From IMG/VR virus record IMGVR_UViG_3300011116_000225, positions 5,408 to 69,407 of that record: 64,000 bases of DNA; one strand, written 5' to 3'. Shown in pieces: positions 1-9,506 of this stretch. The stretch is from a virus. The notes below the pieces were generated by a model. The model was not told where the DNA came from and did not search any database. It was given only the letters and a program-made list of their open reading frames with translations. Each line of letters opens with the position of its first letter. The first letter of the stretch is position 1. A program made the position numbers and the translations under genes.

Positions 1-2
1 GT

Positions 3-866
3 GACGGTTCGCTTACATGGAACGGTTACTACAACGGTACAAACTGGATTTACAGTTACACAGGTGGTGCAGCTAGTCGTTTCCGCTTGAATGAAGCAGG
101 TGCGGCATGGTTTACCGCCCCATCAGGAACAGCAGGTAACGCAATCACCTTCACCCAAGCAATGACGCTTGATGCTAGTGGGAATTTGGGTGTTAACCAA
201 ACATCACCCAGCTTCAAGATTGATGCCATTGGAAGCACGACAAATAGTTCTGGCATTGTTACCACATTGCGTTTAAAGAATGGTGGTACAGCGGCAAATG
301 ATGGCGCAAAGATTCTTTTTACAGCAGGAACATCAACTGATGGCGCTGGTATTGGCTCTGGTGGGCAAGCATTAGATTCTGCTGACTTGCGGTTTTATGC
401 TGGAGGTAATACAGAGCGTGCCCGTATCGACTCCAGCGGTAACTTGCTGTTGGGGACTACTGCAAACATTACCAGCGCCAAATTTAATTTGGCACAAGGC
501 GCATCAAACGGCGTCATGTACCAACTTGCACAGTTCACTGGTGGCTCGGGAACAGGTGGTAATAATGTTGGTGGATTAAAGCGCCAATCTACTGCATCTG
601 TTGCAAACAGCGCCACAACAATCTTAAGTTCAATGAGTTTTGGAGAATTGATTGTTGTAACAGGAACAGGTTCGGGTGCTATTTTTGCAGACTTGTTAAT
701 GGGAAGCTACAACACAATTGCAGTTATCTCATCAAACACTCAGCAAGGAAGCCCTGCCTCCAGAACTTATTCAGTGTCTTCTGGTGCATTGCAATTGACA
801 ATGGGAAGTGCTACTGCAATGGCAGTCACGGCGCAATCAATAGTCACTGGCGCTTTAGGAACTTAA
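3..866 (+). CDS. Tail fibre protein, C-terminal part (5' truncated by window)
   Basis: Frame open from nt 3 (DGSLTWNGYYNG...); G/S/T/A-rich with fibre repeats AMTLDASGNL and ERARIDSSGNLL; same slot as 34988-36013. Confidence 0.8.
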   Translation, partial: DGSLTWNGYYNGTNWIYSYTGGAASRFRLNEAGAAWFTAPSGTAGNAITFTQAMTLDASGNLGVNQTSPSFKIDAIGSTTNSSGIVTTLRLKNGGTAANDGAKILFTAGTSTDGAGIGSGGQALDSADLRFYAGGNTERARIDSSGNLLLGTTANITSAKFNLAQGASNGVMYQLAQFTGGSGTGGNNVGGLKRQSTASVANSATTILSSMSFGELIVVTGTGSGAIFADLLMGSYNTIAVISSNTQQGSPASRTYSVSSGALQLTMGSATAMAVTAQSIVTGALGT

Positions 867-879
867 AAAGGAGTTAATC

Positions 880-1173
880 ATGTCAACAATCGTTTGGAAT
901 ATATCTCAACTTGACCGACAAACCTCAGATGGTTTTGTCACAACCGCCCATTGGCAAGCAACTGCAACAGATGGGGATTACTCTGCATCCATTGTGAACA
1001 CTTGCTCATGGAGTGATGGTTCTCCAACAGTGCCCTACGCCTCTCTGACACAAGAAACTGTATTGGGATGGATATGGGCCAATGGTGTTGATAAAGACGC
1101 TGTTGAAGAGGCTTTAGCTGCTCAGATTGAGTTGCAGAAAAACCCTGTTAAAGCCACTGGAGTACCTTGGTAA
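880..1173 (+). CDS. Putative tail fibre assembly/chaperone protein
   Basis: AAGGAG RBS; directly follows the fibre; ends ATGVPW. Confidence 0.6.
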   Translation: MSTIVWNISQLDRQTSDGFVTTAHWQATATDGDYSASIVNTCSWSDGSPTVPYASLTQETVLGWIWANGVDKDAVEEALAAQIELQKNPVKATGVPW

Positions 1174-1367
1174 TGGACAGCGTGGAAAAAGAATTCGCCA
1201 TCCACCAGGCCATTTGCGATCAGCGATACAAAGCGATTGAGGAAAAGCTCGAGTCTGGAAAAAGCCGAATGCAAAAGATCGAGATCCAGCTCTATATCGT
1301 TATCGCTGCCATCTTGTTTGGCCCTGGCGTTGCCGCTGACATTGTGAAAAAACTGCTTGGCATCTAA
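1173..1367 (+). CDS. Small coiled-coil plus TM protein, XhlA/holin-like
   Basis: HQAICDQRY coiled coil then hydrophobic IQLYIVIAAILFG; TAATG coupling; homolog at 36275. Confidence 0.6.
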   Translation: MDSVEKEFAIHQAICDQRYKAIEEKLESGKSRMQKIEIQLYIVIAAILFGPGVAADIVKKLLGI

Positions 1368-1370
1368 GAT

Positions 1371-2048
1371 GTGGATCCAATCAGCATCCTACTTATGGCC
1401 TCAAGCGCATTCAGCGCCATCAAACAGGGCATTGCAACGTACAAGGATGTTAAGAACACTGCCGGTGACGTTAAGAAGATCGTCAATGAAATTGCTGGGA
1501 TGTTTGGGCCAAACCCAACCAAAGAGCAAAAAAAGCAGATCATTGCAGAGCAAAAGCGCGTCCAGGAAGTTGCAGCCTACGACCCCAACCAGGTCATGGG
1601 TGACATTGCAAAGCGCTTGGGTGAATTCATGCGGCATATGCAGCAGATCCAAGACTTCTATAAAGAAGAAGAACGCAAGTCAAAAGAAGAGGTATACGAA
1701 GGTGTTGACTCTTTGGCCGAGCGTGCCTTGCAGCGTACCCTTGTGCTCACCCAGTTGAGGCAGATGGAGACTGACTTGCGCGAGCAAATGATCTATCAGT
1801 CGCCGCCAGAGTTGGGAGATTTGTGGACGCGGTTCAATGAGATGCGCGAGCAGATTGCAGTTGAGCAAGAGCAAGCCAGGGAAGTGCGTGATCAGCGTGA
1901 GGCGCAGGCAAGATGGCAACGAAGAAGAATGATCGGGGATCTGCAAGACAAAGCAATCTACCTGGCCGCCGCCTTGTTGATAATCGTCTACCTGAGCGTG
2001 TTCTGGTCACTCCTCGTGATGGACAGAAAAGTGCGATGGGGTTTCTGA
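1371..2048 (+). CDS. Coiled-coil membrane protein in lysis cassette
   Basis: GTG start; MDPISILL N-terminus, C-terminal TM; conserved in copy 2. Confidence 0.75.
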   Translation: MDPISILLMASSAFSAIKQGIATYKDVKNTAGDVKKIVNEIAGMFGPNPTKEQKKQIIAEQKRVQEVAAYDPNQVMGDIAKRLGEFMRHMQQIQDFYKEEERKSKEEVYEGVDSLAERALQRTLVLTQLRQMETDLREQMIYQSPPELGDLWTRFNEMREQIAVEQEQAREVRDQREAQARWQRRRMIGDLQDKAIYLAAALLIIVYLSVFWSLLVMDRKVRWGF

Positions 2049-2230
2049 TTGCGCTCATCGCAATGGTCTTGGTGTTTTGCTTGATGCTGCCAATTGTGGG
2101 GATCATGTACTTTGATACCTTGTCAACGCAAAAGGAAAGCAAAGCGCAGATTGAGCGAATGGAGAGATTGCGCAAACAACTTGAGGAAGAACGCAAGAAG
2201 ATGGATCAGGCCAACAGGAAGGAAGAGTAA
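2036..2230 (+). CDS. Small single-TM protein
   Basis: MGFLIALIAMVLVFCLMLP TM plus charged tail; conserved at 37143. Confidence 0.7.
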   Translation: MGFLIALIAMVLVFCLMLPIVGIMYFDTLSTQKESKAQIERMERLRKQLEEERKKMDQANRKEE

Positions 2231-2431
2231 ATGCGAATGCTGCTTTGTCTGACCATCATGGTGCTGGCTGGGTGCGAGGATCGTTATCGCTACGTTTGCC
2301 AGAACCCAAACAACTTTGAATTGAAAGAGTGCCAAAAACCTCAGTGTCAATTCACGCAGACGTGCCCAGAGTACCTTGTTGCTCCAGTGCTTGAAAAGAA
2401 GGTGGAACCCGATGTTGTCAAGTCAAAATAA
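2231..2431 (+). CDS. Cys-rich lipoprotein
   Basis: Lipobox LAGC plus four further Cys; conserved at 37338. Confidence 0.75.
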   Translation: MRMLLCLTIMVLAGCEDRYRYVCQNPNNFELKECQKPQCQFTQTCPEYLVAPVLEKKVEPDVVKSK

Positions 2432-2888
2432 ATATAGCCCCGAAGAGATCGAGGTCAGGATCTGGGGTTTTGTTGTGGTGATGATCACCATCATCTTGTT
2501 TGGCATTGTGATCGCCCTGCTATACAGCGTGACGTTTGTGACGCAACCCATCAAGTCAATGGCACCCATTGACCAGGCATACACCAAGATGCTCAATGAC
2601 ATTGTGTTGCTGATTGTTGGCGGTATCGGCGGCATTGTTGGCAAGCGTGCCGTGGGGGCCGTCAGTCAGGCCGTTACACCTACACCGCCACCTACACCTG
2701 CCCCGGCTGCACCAGCGCCTTCTATGCCTGTTTCTGCGCCTCCCAGCGGTGCTTTGCCAGTCTGGATCAATCCACCTTTGGATGAGAGCTGGACGCCACC
2801 GCCTCCACCGACCACGCCACCCGAGCACCTGGAACCAGATCACGTCCGCGAGGAGATCGCGGCAGCAAGACGTGAGGCCGGGCAGTGA
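2412..2888 (+). CDS. Two-TM membrane protein with Pro-rich tail (holin candidate)
   Basis: Two hydrophobic helices; conserved at 37531. Confidence 0.65.
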   Translation: MLSSQNKYSPEEIEVRIWGFVVVMITIILFGIVIALLYSVTFVTQPIKSMAPIDQAYTKMLNDIVLLIVGGIGGIVGKRAVGAVSQAVTPTPPPTPAPAAPAPSMPVSAPPSGALPVWINPPLDESWTPPPPPTTPPEHLEPDHVREEIAAARREAGQ

Positions 2889-3352
2889 ATCCATACCTGA
2901 TCATTGCGGCCATGATTGCTGTTGGCAGTGCATACGTTTATGGCCATCACAGTGGATATGCCGACCGTGACGCTGAGATGCAGGCTCATATTGCCAAGCT
3001 CAATGAAGAGTCACGCGCCAAAGAGCAAGAGATGGCAGCGTCTCTCAACAACCAAACAGAAACATTGCGAAAGGCCAAGAATGAGATCAACAAAAAACAG
3101 TCTGACATTAATGCTCTTGTTGATGCTGGCCGGTTGCGCCTCCCGATCCCAGCCGCCACAAGTTGCGTACAAACCACCCCAGATGCCAGCCCTCCCATCA
3201 GAGATCGGGGAGAAGAAAGACCCGACCCTTACCGAGAGGCTATTAAAGCTGTTGTCGCCATCGCCATTGAAGGAGATAGAAACACAGTCCAGCTCAATGC
3301 CTGCATCGACACCTACAACAAAGTGAGGGAGCAGATCAATGGTCAACGCTGA
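2885..3352 (+). CDS. Rz: Rz-like inner-membrane spanin
   Basis: N-terminal TM, coiled coil, GRLRLP motif, QLNAC C-terminus; contains a nested lipoprotein ORF. Confidence 0.85.
   Translation: MNPYLIIAAMIAVGSAYVYGHHSGYADRDAEMQAHIAKLNEESRAKEQEMAASLNNQTETLRKAKNEINKKQSDINALVDAGRLRLPIPAATSCVQTTPDASPPIRDRGEERPDPYREAIKAVVAIAIEGDRNTVQLNACIDTYNKVREQINGQR
3081..3326 (+). CDS. Rz1: Rz1-like outer-membrane spanin lipoprotein (nested in Rz)
   Basis: Signal peptide with lipobox LAGC, Pro-rich, alternate frame inside Rz; conserved at 38194. Confidence 0.8.
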   Translation: MRSTKNSLTLMLLLMLAGCASRSQPPQVAYKPPQMPALPSEIGEKKDPTLTERLLKLLSPSPLKEIETQSSSMPASTPTTK

Positions 3353-3935
3353 TCAACTCAAAAAGCTGCACATTGGCCCTGAGTGGGTTGATGCGCTCAA
3401 TGAAACCTTTGGCCGGTTCAATATATCCACCAAGAGACAGCAGGCCGCATTCATTGGTCAGTGCGGCCATGAATGTGGGAACTTCAAGGTGCTGCAAGAG
3501 AACTTGAATTACCGCGCAGCCACTCTGATGAAGTTGTGGCCCAAGCGTTTCCCCACTCTTGACATTGCCAACCAGTACGCTGGAAACCCAAAGAAGATCG
3601 CCAACATGGTCTATGCCAACCGCATGGGTAATCGTGACGAGGCATCAGGGGATGGGCACCGTTTTTTTGGCAGAGGTTGCATCCAATTGACTGGATACAG
3701 CAATTATTTTCACGCTGGCCAAGCCTTGGGCGTTGACTTTGTCATGCAGCCCGAGCTGGTGGCCACGCCAAAGTACGCTGCCTTAACGGCAGGCTGGTTC
3801 TGGTCAACGCATGACTGCAACCGCCTGGCCGAGGCCGGGGATTGGGCAGCACTCACCAAGAAGATCAACGGTGGGACAATTGGCCTTGAAGACCGCATCA
3901 AACACACCAATGAGGCTTTGGCAGTCCTGACATGA
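3339..3935 (+). CDS. Endolysin, glycoside hydrolase family 19
   Basis: AAFIGQCGHEC, ENLNY, GRGCIQLTG..NY, KINGG.IGL.DR motifs. Confidence 0.92.
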   Translation: MVNADQLKKLHIGPEWVDALNETFGRFNISTKRQQAAFIGQCGHECGNFKVLQENLNYRAATLMKLWPKRFPTLDIANQYAGNPKKIANMVYANRMGNRDEASGDGHRFFGRGCIQLTGYSNYFHAGQALGVDFVMQPELVATPKYAALTAGWFWSTHDCNRLAEAGDWAALTKKINGGTIGLEDRIKHTNEALAVLT

Positions 3936-4585
3936 CAAACCTGTATCAGCAGCTCGAAACCCCGGCACCGCCAGATCTGCCCTCACCGGGTCAGGTCTAT
4001 GACGAGCGCCTGACTGCGCAAACCCATCGCGGCTTGCTGGTGTACTTTCGCAAGCTGACCAATATCTTGTCAACGGTCCTTGGGCCTCGAGGTGGCAAGT
4101 ACTTGAACCTGCCTTATGGCGCGTTTCAAGATGGGACAGACCAGACGGCAGCCAATACGACAACTGCCTACGCCATCACATTTGACACGACAGACTATTC
4201 AAATGGGATCACTTTGTCAAATTCATCACGTCTGAACGTGTCCCAGGGTGGTTTGTACAACGTGCAATTCAGCGTGCAATTCAAAAACACAACAAATGAC
4301 ACGCAAGACGTTGAGGTCTGGTTTCGCAAGAATGGCACTGACATTGCAAAGTCCAACTCAAGGTTTGGTCTATCCCAAAGAAAAAGTGCTGGAGATCCAT
4401 CTCACACTGTTGCAGCATTGAATTACTTTGTGGACCTGGCCGAGAACGATTACCTGCAACTCATGTGGCGGCCATCAGACGTTGGTGTGTCCATTGAGCA
4501 GTACGCTGCCGGGACCAGTCCAACCAGGCCAGCGATTCCATCAGTGATTGCCACCGTGAGTTTTGTATCGAATCTTTCCGCATAA
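3932..4585 (+). CDS. Virion structural protein (beta-rich C-terminal domain)
   Basis: Position before tail hub; GLYNVQFSVQF/VWFRKNG strands; conserved at 39045. Confidence 0.55.
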   Translation: MTNLYQQLETPAPPDLPSPGQVYDERLTAQTHRGLLVYFRKLTNILSTVLGPRGGKYLNLPYGAFQDGTDQTAANTTTAYAITFDTTDYSNGITLSNSSRLNVSQGGLYNVQFSVQFKNTTNDTQDVEVWFRKNGTDIAKSNSRFGLSQRKSAGDPSHTVAALNYFVDLAENDYLQLMWRPSDVGVSIEQYAAGTSPTRPAIPSVIATVSFVSNLSA

Positions 4586-4592
4586 TCCCATC

Positions 4593-6074
4593 ATGGCACT
4601 CACCGCACTCAGAATCCCCCCAGGCGTGTACCGCAACGGCACTGAATATCAGTCAGCCGGGCGGTGGTTTGACGCCAACCTGGTTCGATGGTTTGAGGGT
4701 ACTTTGCGGCCCTGGGGTGGATGGCGCAAGAGATCGAGCAGCCAACTGACCGGGTCATGCCGGGGACTGATCACCTGGCGCGACAACTCAGGGGACCGCT
4801 GGATCGCTGCCGGTACGAATTCCAAGCTCTACGCCATGAATGAGGCTGGCACGCTCAAAGACATTACGCCAACAGGCTTGACTGCCGGTGTTGCTGATGC
4901 CGTCATCAAGACCGGGTATGGGTATTCCACTTATGGAAACTATGCCTATGGTGTAGCAAGGCCTGACACTGGCACCGTGACGCCAGCCACGACCTGGAGT
5001 CTGGATACCTGGGGCGAGTACCTGGTCGCGTGCTCAGACGCTGATGGCAAGCTCTACGAGTGGCAATTGGGATTTTCAACTCCAACCCTGGCCGTTGCCA
5101 TCACCAACGCGCCAACAGGCTGCAATGCCGTGATGACCACGGCAGAGCGCTTTGTATTTGCGCTGGGCGCTGGTGGCAATCCCCGTAAGGTTCAGTGGTG
5201 CGATCAGGAAAATAACACCGTATGGACCCCGGCAGCCACCAACCAGGCAGGGGATTTTGAGCTTGCAACTGTCGGTTCTCTCAAGGCAGGCAAGCGCGTG
5301 CGAGGTGTCAATCTGCTCTTTACAGATGTTGACGTTCACGTTGGCACCTACATTGGCCTGCCATACGTTTACTCATTTGAAAAAGCCGGGTCTGGCTGCG
5401 GGTTGATCTCCACACAGTCTGTGGCGGCCATTGACACAGCAGCGATCTGGATGAGCAAATCAGGTTTCTGGGTTTATGACGGGTATGTCAAGCCACTGGT
5501 TTCTGATGTTGGTGACTACATTTTCCAAAACATCAACTACAACCAGGCCAGCAAGATTTATTGCGTCCACAACTCAAAGTATGGCGAGATCATCTGGTTT
5601 TACCCGTCAAGCCAGTCAAATGAAAATGACTCATATGTCACCTACAACTACCGCGAGAACCACTGGTCGATTGGCAGTCTGGCTCGCACCGCGGGAACTG
5701 ACCGCGGCGTCTACTTGAATCCCTTGATGGTTTCATCTGACGGGTACATTTACGAGCACGAGGTTGGGTTTGCGTATGACTCTGTCGCGCCTTACGCCGA
5801 GTCTGGCCCGGTGGAGATCGGAACTGGTGAGCAGGTGATGCGGGTGCGTCAAATCATCCCTGACGAGCAAACACTGGGCGAGGTTGTTGTGTCGTTCAAG
5901 ACGCGAATGTATCCAACCTCAACTGAGACAACTTACGGACCCTATGCGGCAAGCCAGCCGACAGACGTGCGGTTTACTGGTCGCCAGGTCAAGGTCAGGT
6001 ACACAGGGGCGGTGCTCGATGACTGGAGAGTCGGCATCAACCGTTTGGACGTGATCGCCGCTGGCAAGCGTTGA
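4593..6074 (+). CDS. Tail hub / DNA stabilization protein (P22 gp10-like)
   Basis: ~490-aa W/Y/G-rich beta-propeller-like protein upstream of the ejection genes. Confidence 0.7.
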   Translation: MALTALRIPPGVYRNGTEYQSAGRWFDANLVRWFEGTLRPWGGWRKRSSSQLTGSCRGLITWRDNSGDRWIAAGTNSKLYAMNEAGTLKDITPTGLTAGVADAVIKTGYGYSTYGNYAYGVARPDTGTVTPATTWSLDTWGEYLVACSDADGKLYEWQLGFSTPTLAVAITNAPTGCNAVMTTAERFVFALGAGGNPRKVQWCDQENNTVWTPAATNQAGDFELATVGSLKAGKRVRGVNLLFTDVDVHVGTYIGLPYVYSFEKAGSGCGLISTQSVAAIDTAAIWMSKSGFWVYDGYVKPLVSDVGDYIFQNINYNQASKIYCVHNSKYGEIIWFYPSSQSNENDSYVTYNYRENHWSIGSLARTAGTDRGVYLNPLMVSSDGYIYEHEVGFAYDSVAPYAESGPVEIGTGEQVMRVRQIIPDEQTLGEVVVSFKTRMYPTSTETTYGPYAASQPTDVRFTGRQVKVRYTGAVLDDWRVGINRLDVIAAGKR

Positions 6075-6090
6075 GGCTTAAAATTTGACC

Positions 6091-6492
6091 ATGAAAGACA
6101 TTAGGCAAATCCTCACCGAAGACCTGGCGAAGAACTATGGCGGCTTTGCCATGACGGTTGATGCCTATTTTGATGGTTTGATGAATGCGCCCAAGACGGG
6201 GAACTTTGTTGTGCGTCAGGGTGACACTCTGATCTTGACAAAGAAGATTGAGAAAAACGGCATCGAGTTTCATTGCATCAATGGTGAGCGCGCAAAAGAC
6301 CTTGTTGCCAATGTGCAAAAGTACCTTGATGACTTGAAGGAGCATGGGTATGACTATGCCGTCACGTTCTACGACAACCCCCGAATCAATGACTTGATTG
6401 CACAACTCACTTACCCATCAGAGATCAAGAAGATTGATGATGGATTGTTCAGAACATACGAAGCCACAATGAGGTTCAAATGGGCGCATTAA
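6091..6492 (+). CDS. Virion assembly protein, possibly GNAT-like (P22 gp14/T7 gp13 slot)
   Basis: Size and position between hub and ejection proteins; conserved at 41204. Confidence 0.5.
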   Translation: MKDIRQILTEDLAKNYGGFAMTVDAYFDGLMNAPKTGNFVVRQGDTLILTKKIEKNGIEFHCINGERAKDLVANVQKYLDDLKEHGYDYAVTFYDNPRINDLIAQLTYPSEIKKIDDGLFRTYEATMRFKWAH

Positions 6493-7856
6493 ATAAATTA
6501 GGACAGGCCGCATCCAACTTTGTTGCTGCCCCTGCGGCAAGTATTAGTACTGGTTTCGCAGAGTTGGCAAAGCCAGCAGAGGCAGCCTTAAAATTTTCCA
6601 CAGAAAAGCCGCTAGAGGCTTTGGCTCTGGGGACTGGAGCATACTTTGCAGCTCCATATATTATGGGAGCATTGGGTGGCGCTGGAGCAGGCGCTGCTGG
6701 TGCAGGCGCTGCCGATCTGGCTGCGTATGACGCTATGGCTGGTTTGACTGCTGGTGGCGCAGGCGCTGGCGCTGCTGGCGCTGGCGCTGCTGGCGCTGGT
6801 CTTGCTGGCGGTGCCGCTGCTGGTGCTGGCAGTGCTGCCGGTGGCAGTTTTCTCAGTAATATCACGCCAACCCAGGCAATCATAGGCGCAGGTCTGGCCG
6901 CAAAGGCATTGGGTGGCAGCAGCACGCCGTCATCTTCAACAAGCTCAACGTCCATTGACCCTGACATTAAGGCCGCATATTTGCAGCAGTTAACTGACGC
7001 CAGAACCGCAGCGGCGGGTCTTGGAACCCGGCAATTTGAGGGTTTTACACCTGGCTATGCAACGGCAGAGCAGCAGCTCACGGCCACCGGCATTGGCGGC
7101 GCTGGTCAACAGACCACCAACCGGGCTGCCGAGCTGGCACTGGCAGAGGCTGGCTACACACCCCAGCAGATCCAGGCCATGACGGGTGCCCAGTACATGG
7201 GTGCATATCAAAACCCTTACGAGACACAAGTTGTGCAGGGTACGCTGGCAGATATTGAGCGTCAGCGCCAGATTGCCCAGCAGGCCCAGCAGGTCAAAGC
7301 AATTGGGGCTAAAGCATTTGGCGGTTCGCGTCAGGCAGTGGCTGAGTCACTTGCAAACGAGGACTACACGCGCCAGGTAGCAAACATTGCTGCCCAGTTG
7401 CGTGCCCAAGGATTCACCACGGCTGCCGGGCTTGGCCAGACTGATGCTGCCAGGGCCATGGAGGCGGCCAGGGCCAACATTGCCAACCAGATTGCTGGTG
7501 CAGGCATACGCCAGACTGCCGTGGGCCAGTTGGGTGCTTTGGGTGCCCAACAGCAAAACCTTGGCATGACGGGTGCGCAGGCCGTGATGACTGCCGAGCA
7601 GCAGCGCCAGCAGTTGGCCCAGGCGCGGCTTGACGCTGCACGCAACCTGGCTGCCGAGCGCCTTGGCCTGACTGGCAGTGCTTTGGGACAGAACGTGCCA
7701 AACCTTGGCGGCACGACAACCACGCCGATTTACCGCAATCAGATGGCAAGTGGTCTTGGCGGTGCTCTTGGTGGCGCTCAGTTGGGCAGCATCTTGGGTG
7801 GCAAGGAATACGCTGGTTATGGTGCCATCTTGGGCGGTTTGCTGGGCTTGGGTTAA
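6480..7856 (+). CDS. DNA ejection/internal virion protein 1
   Basis: A/G/Q-rich; YQNPY and AFGGSRQ motifs typical of podophage pilot proteins. Confidence 0.7.
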   Translation: MGALNKLGQAASNFVAAPAASISTGFAELAKPAEAALKFSTEKPLEALALGTGAYFAAPYIMGALGGAGAGAAGAGAADLAAYDAMAGLTAGGAGAGAAGAGAAGAGLAGGAAAGAGSAAGGSFLSNITPTQAIIGAGLAAKALGGSSTPSSSTSSTSIDPDIKAAYLQQLTDARTAAAGLGTRQFEGFTPGYATAEQQLTATGIGGAGQQTTNRAAELALAEAGYTPQQIQAMTGAQYMGAYQNPYETQVVQGTLADIERQRQIAQQAQQVKAIGAKAFGGSRQAVAESLANEDYTRQVANIAAQLRAQGFTTAAGLGQTDAARAMEAARANIANQIAGAGIRQTAVGQLGALGAQQQNLGMTGAQAVMTAEQQRQQLAQARLDAARNLAAERLGLTGSALGQNVPNLGGTTTTPIYRNQMASGLGGALGGAQLGSILGGKEYAGYGAILGGLLGLG

Positions 7857-7868
7857 GGGAAAAACATC

Positions 7869-9506
7869 ATGGCAGATTTCAATCTTGGCTTGCTGGGCGA
7901 CATTTTTGGCGGCGGCACGTCTGCCCTGAGTGAGTACCTGACGCCTCAACAACAAGAGTCAATGCAGCGCCAAGCGCTGCTGTCCACGGCTGCGGCCCTG
8001 CTCCAAGCAGGTGGCCCATCAACAACCCCCATATCCCTTGGCCAAGCGCTTGGTGCAGGCTTGCAGGCTGGGACTGGCGCATATGGCAAGGCTCAAGAGG
8101 GTGCGATTCAGCAGCTGCTGACACGGCAGAAGTTGGATGAGTACAAGCGCCAGATGACCATGCAAGAAAACATTGCAAAGATTCTTGGTGGCGGTGGTGC
8201 TGCTGCACCGATGCCTGCGCGTGGTGCGCCCATCACGCCCGAGCAGGCCATTGCGATGCCTGGGCTGCCTGCTGGGCCTACGATGCAACGCGCTGAGATG
8301 ATCAGGCAACCTGCACCGGCAGCAGCTCCAGTGCCTCAAAACGTCATCAAGGCCAACCAATACCGCCAATTGGCAGACTTGATGGCCGCATCAGGCAAGG
8401 GCGAGGATGCCAAGCGTTACCAAGAAATGGCCGAAAAGTTGGCCCCGACCTTTGAAGAGACTCAAGGCGACATTTACTTCAACGCTCAAGGCGAGGCAAT
8501 ACAGCGCACCAAGACTGGTGGCTTTAAGGTTGTGCCGTCAGAGTTTGCCCCGATGGACAAGCCAACCGGCACTCCCATGATGATGACTGATGCTCAAGGC
8601 AAACCTGTCCAGGTGCAGCGTTATGAGTCTGGAAAATTACAGGCCATCACTGACTTTGGACCTCCGCGAGAAATTGTGCTTGAGAAGTTGGGTGACCGAG
8701 TCATCGCGGTTGACAAAAACAAAGTCACGGCAGGCCAGCAATTCAATGTCGGCCTTGCGCCTCAAGTGGTTGGCGGTGCTGAGACGGGTTACTACGTAGT
8801 CGGTGGCGCTGGCCGAGGTGCTGGTCTGGCCGCGCCCATGCCTGCGCCTGCTGGTGCGCCTGGTGCTGTTGTGCCTCCACCTGTTGCTGGAGGCGCACCT
8901 CGAGCACCTGCGGCACCGGCTGCTGGCGCTGCTGCACCTACTGGTCCCCAGCCCATCATTCCTGGAACTGGCAAGGCATTTGGCAACGAGAAAGATCTGC
9001 GCTCTGAATTTACTGCACAGGCAAAACCTTTTGTTGAACTGGCGCAGGCATATCAAAAGATTGAGACTGCCGCAAAGAACAACACAAGTGCTGGTGACAT
9101 TGCACTGATTTATGGGTTTATGAAGGTTTTGGATCCCGGCTCAGTTGTGCGTGAGGGTGAATTTGCAACTGCTGCCAATGCCGGCGGCGTTGCTGATACC
9201 GTCAGGAATATGTACAACCGTGCATTAAATGGTCAGCGCATTGGTGAAAACATCAGGAATGATTTTCTGGGTCAGGCTCGCAACATCATTGAGTCGCAGC
9301 GTGTGCTGTCAGATGACATGGTTGCACGTTATACAAGCGTGGCGCAAAACTATAAACTCGACCCCAATCAAGTTGTTTTTGACCCGTTCAAGCGCATGAA
9401 GACGCCTGCTCAGATTGCTGGTGCTGCCGCTGCTGAAAAAACCACTGCGCCTGCACAGTCGGGCAATTTCTACGACAGATTTAACCTTGTTCCGAGGGCC
9501 AAATAA
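7869..9506 (+). CDS. DNA ejection/internal virion protein 2
   Basis: A/P/Q-rich; GDIALIYGFMKVLDPGSVVREGEF motif. Confidence 0.7.
   Translation: MADFNLGLLGDIFGGGTSALSEYLTPQQQESMQRQALLSTAAALLQAGGPSTTPISLGQALGAGLQAGTGAYGKAQEGAIQQLLTRQKLDEYKRQMTMQENIAKILGGGGAAAPMPARGAPITPEQAIAMPGLPAGPTMQRAEMIRQPAPAAAPVPQNVIKANQYRQLADLMAASGKGEDAKRYQEMAEKLAPTFEETQGDIYFNAQGEAIQRTKTGGFKVVPSEFAPMDKPTGTPMMMTDAQGKPVQVQRYESGKLQAITDFGPPREIVLEKLGDRVIAVDKNKVTAGQQFNVGLAPQVVGGAETGYYVVGGAGRGAGLAAPMPAPAGAPGAVVPPPVAGGAPRAPAAPAAGAAAPTGPQPIIPGTGKAFGNEKDLRSEFTAQAKPFVELAQAYQKIETAAKNNTSAGDIALIYGFMKVLDPGSVVREGEFATAANAGGVADTVRNMYNRALNGQRIGENIRNDFLGQARNIIESQRVLSDDMVARYTSVAQNYKLDPNQVVFDPFKRMKTPAQIAGAAAAEKTTAPAQSGNFYDRFNLVPRAK

Noticed and set aside
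6676-6845. GCTGGC-type tandem repeats
   Set aside because: They encode Gly/Ala low-complexity stretches of the ejection protein
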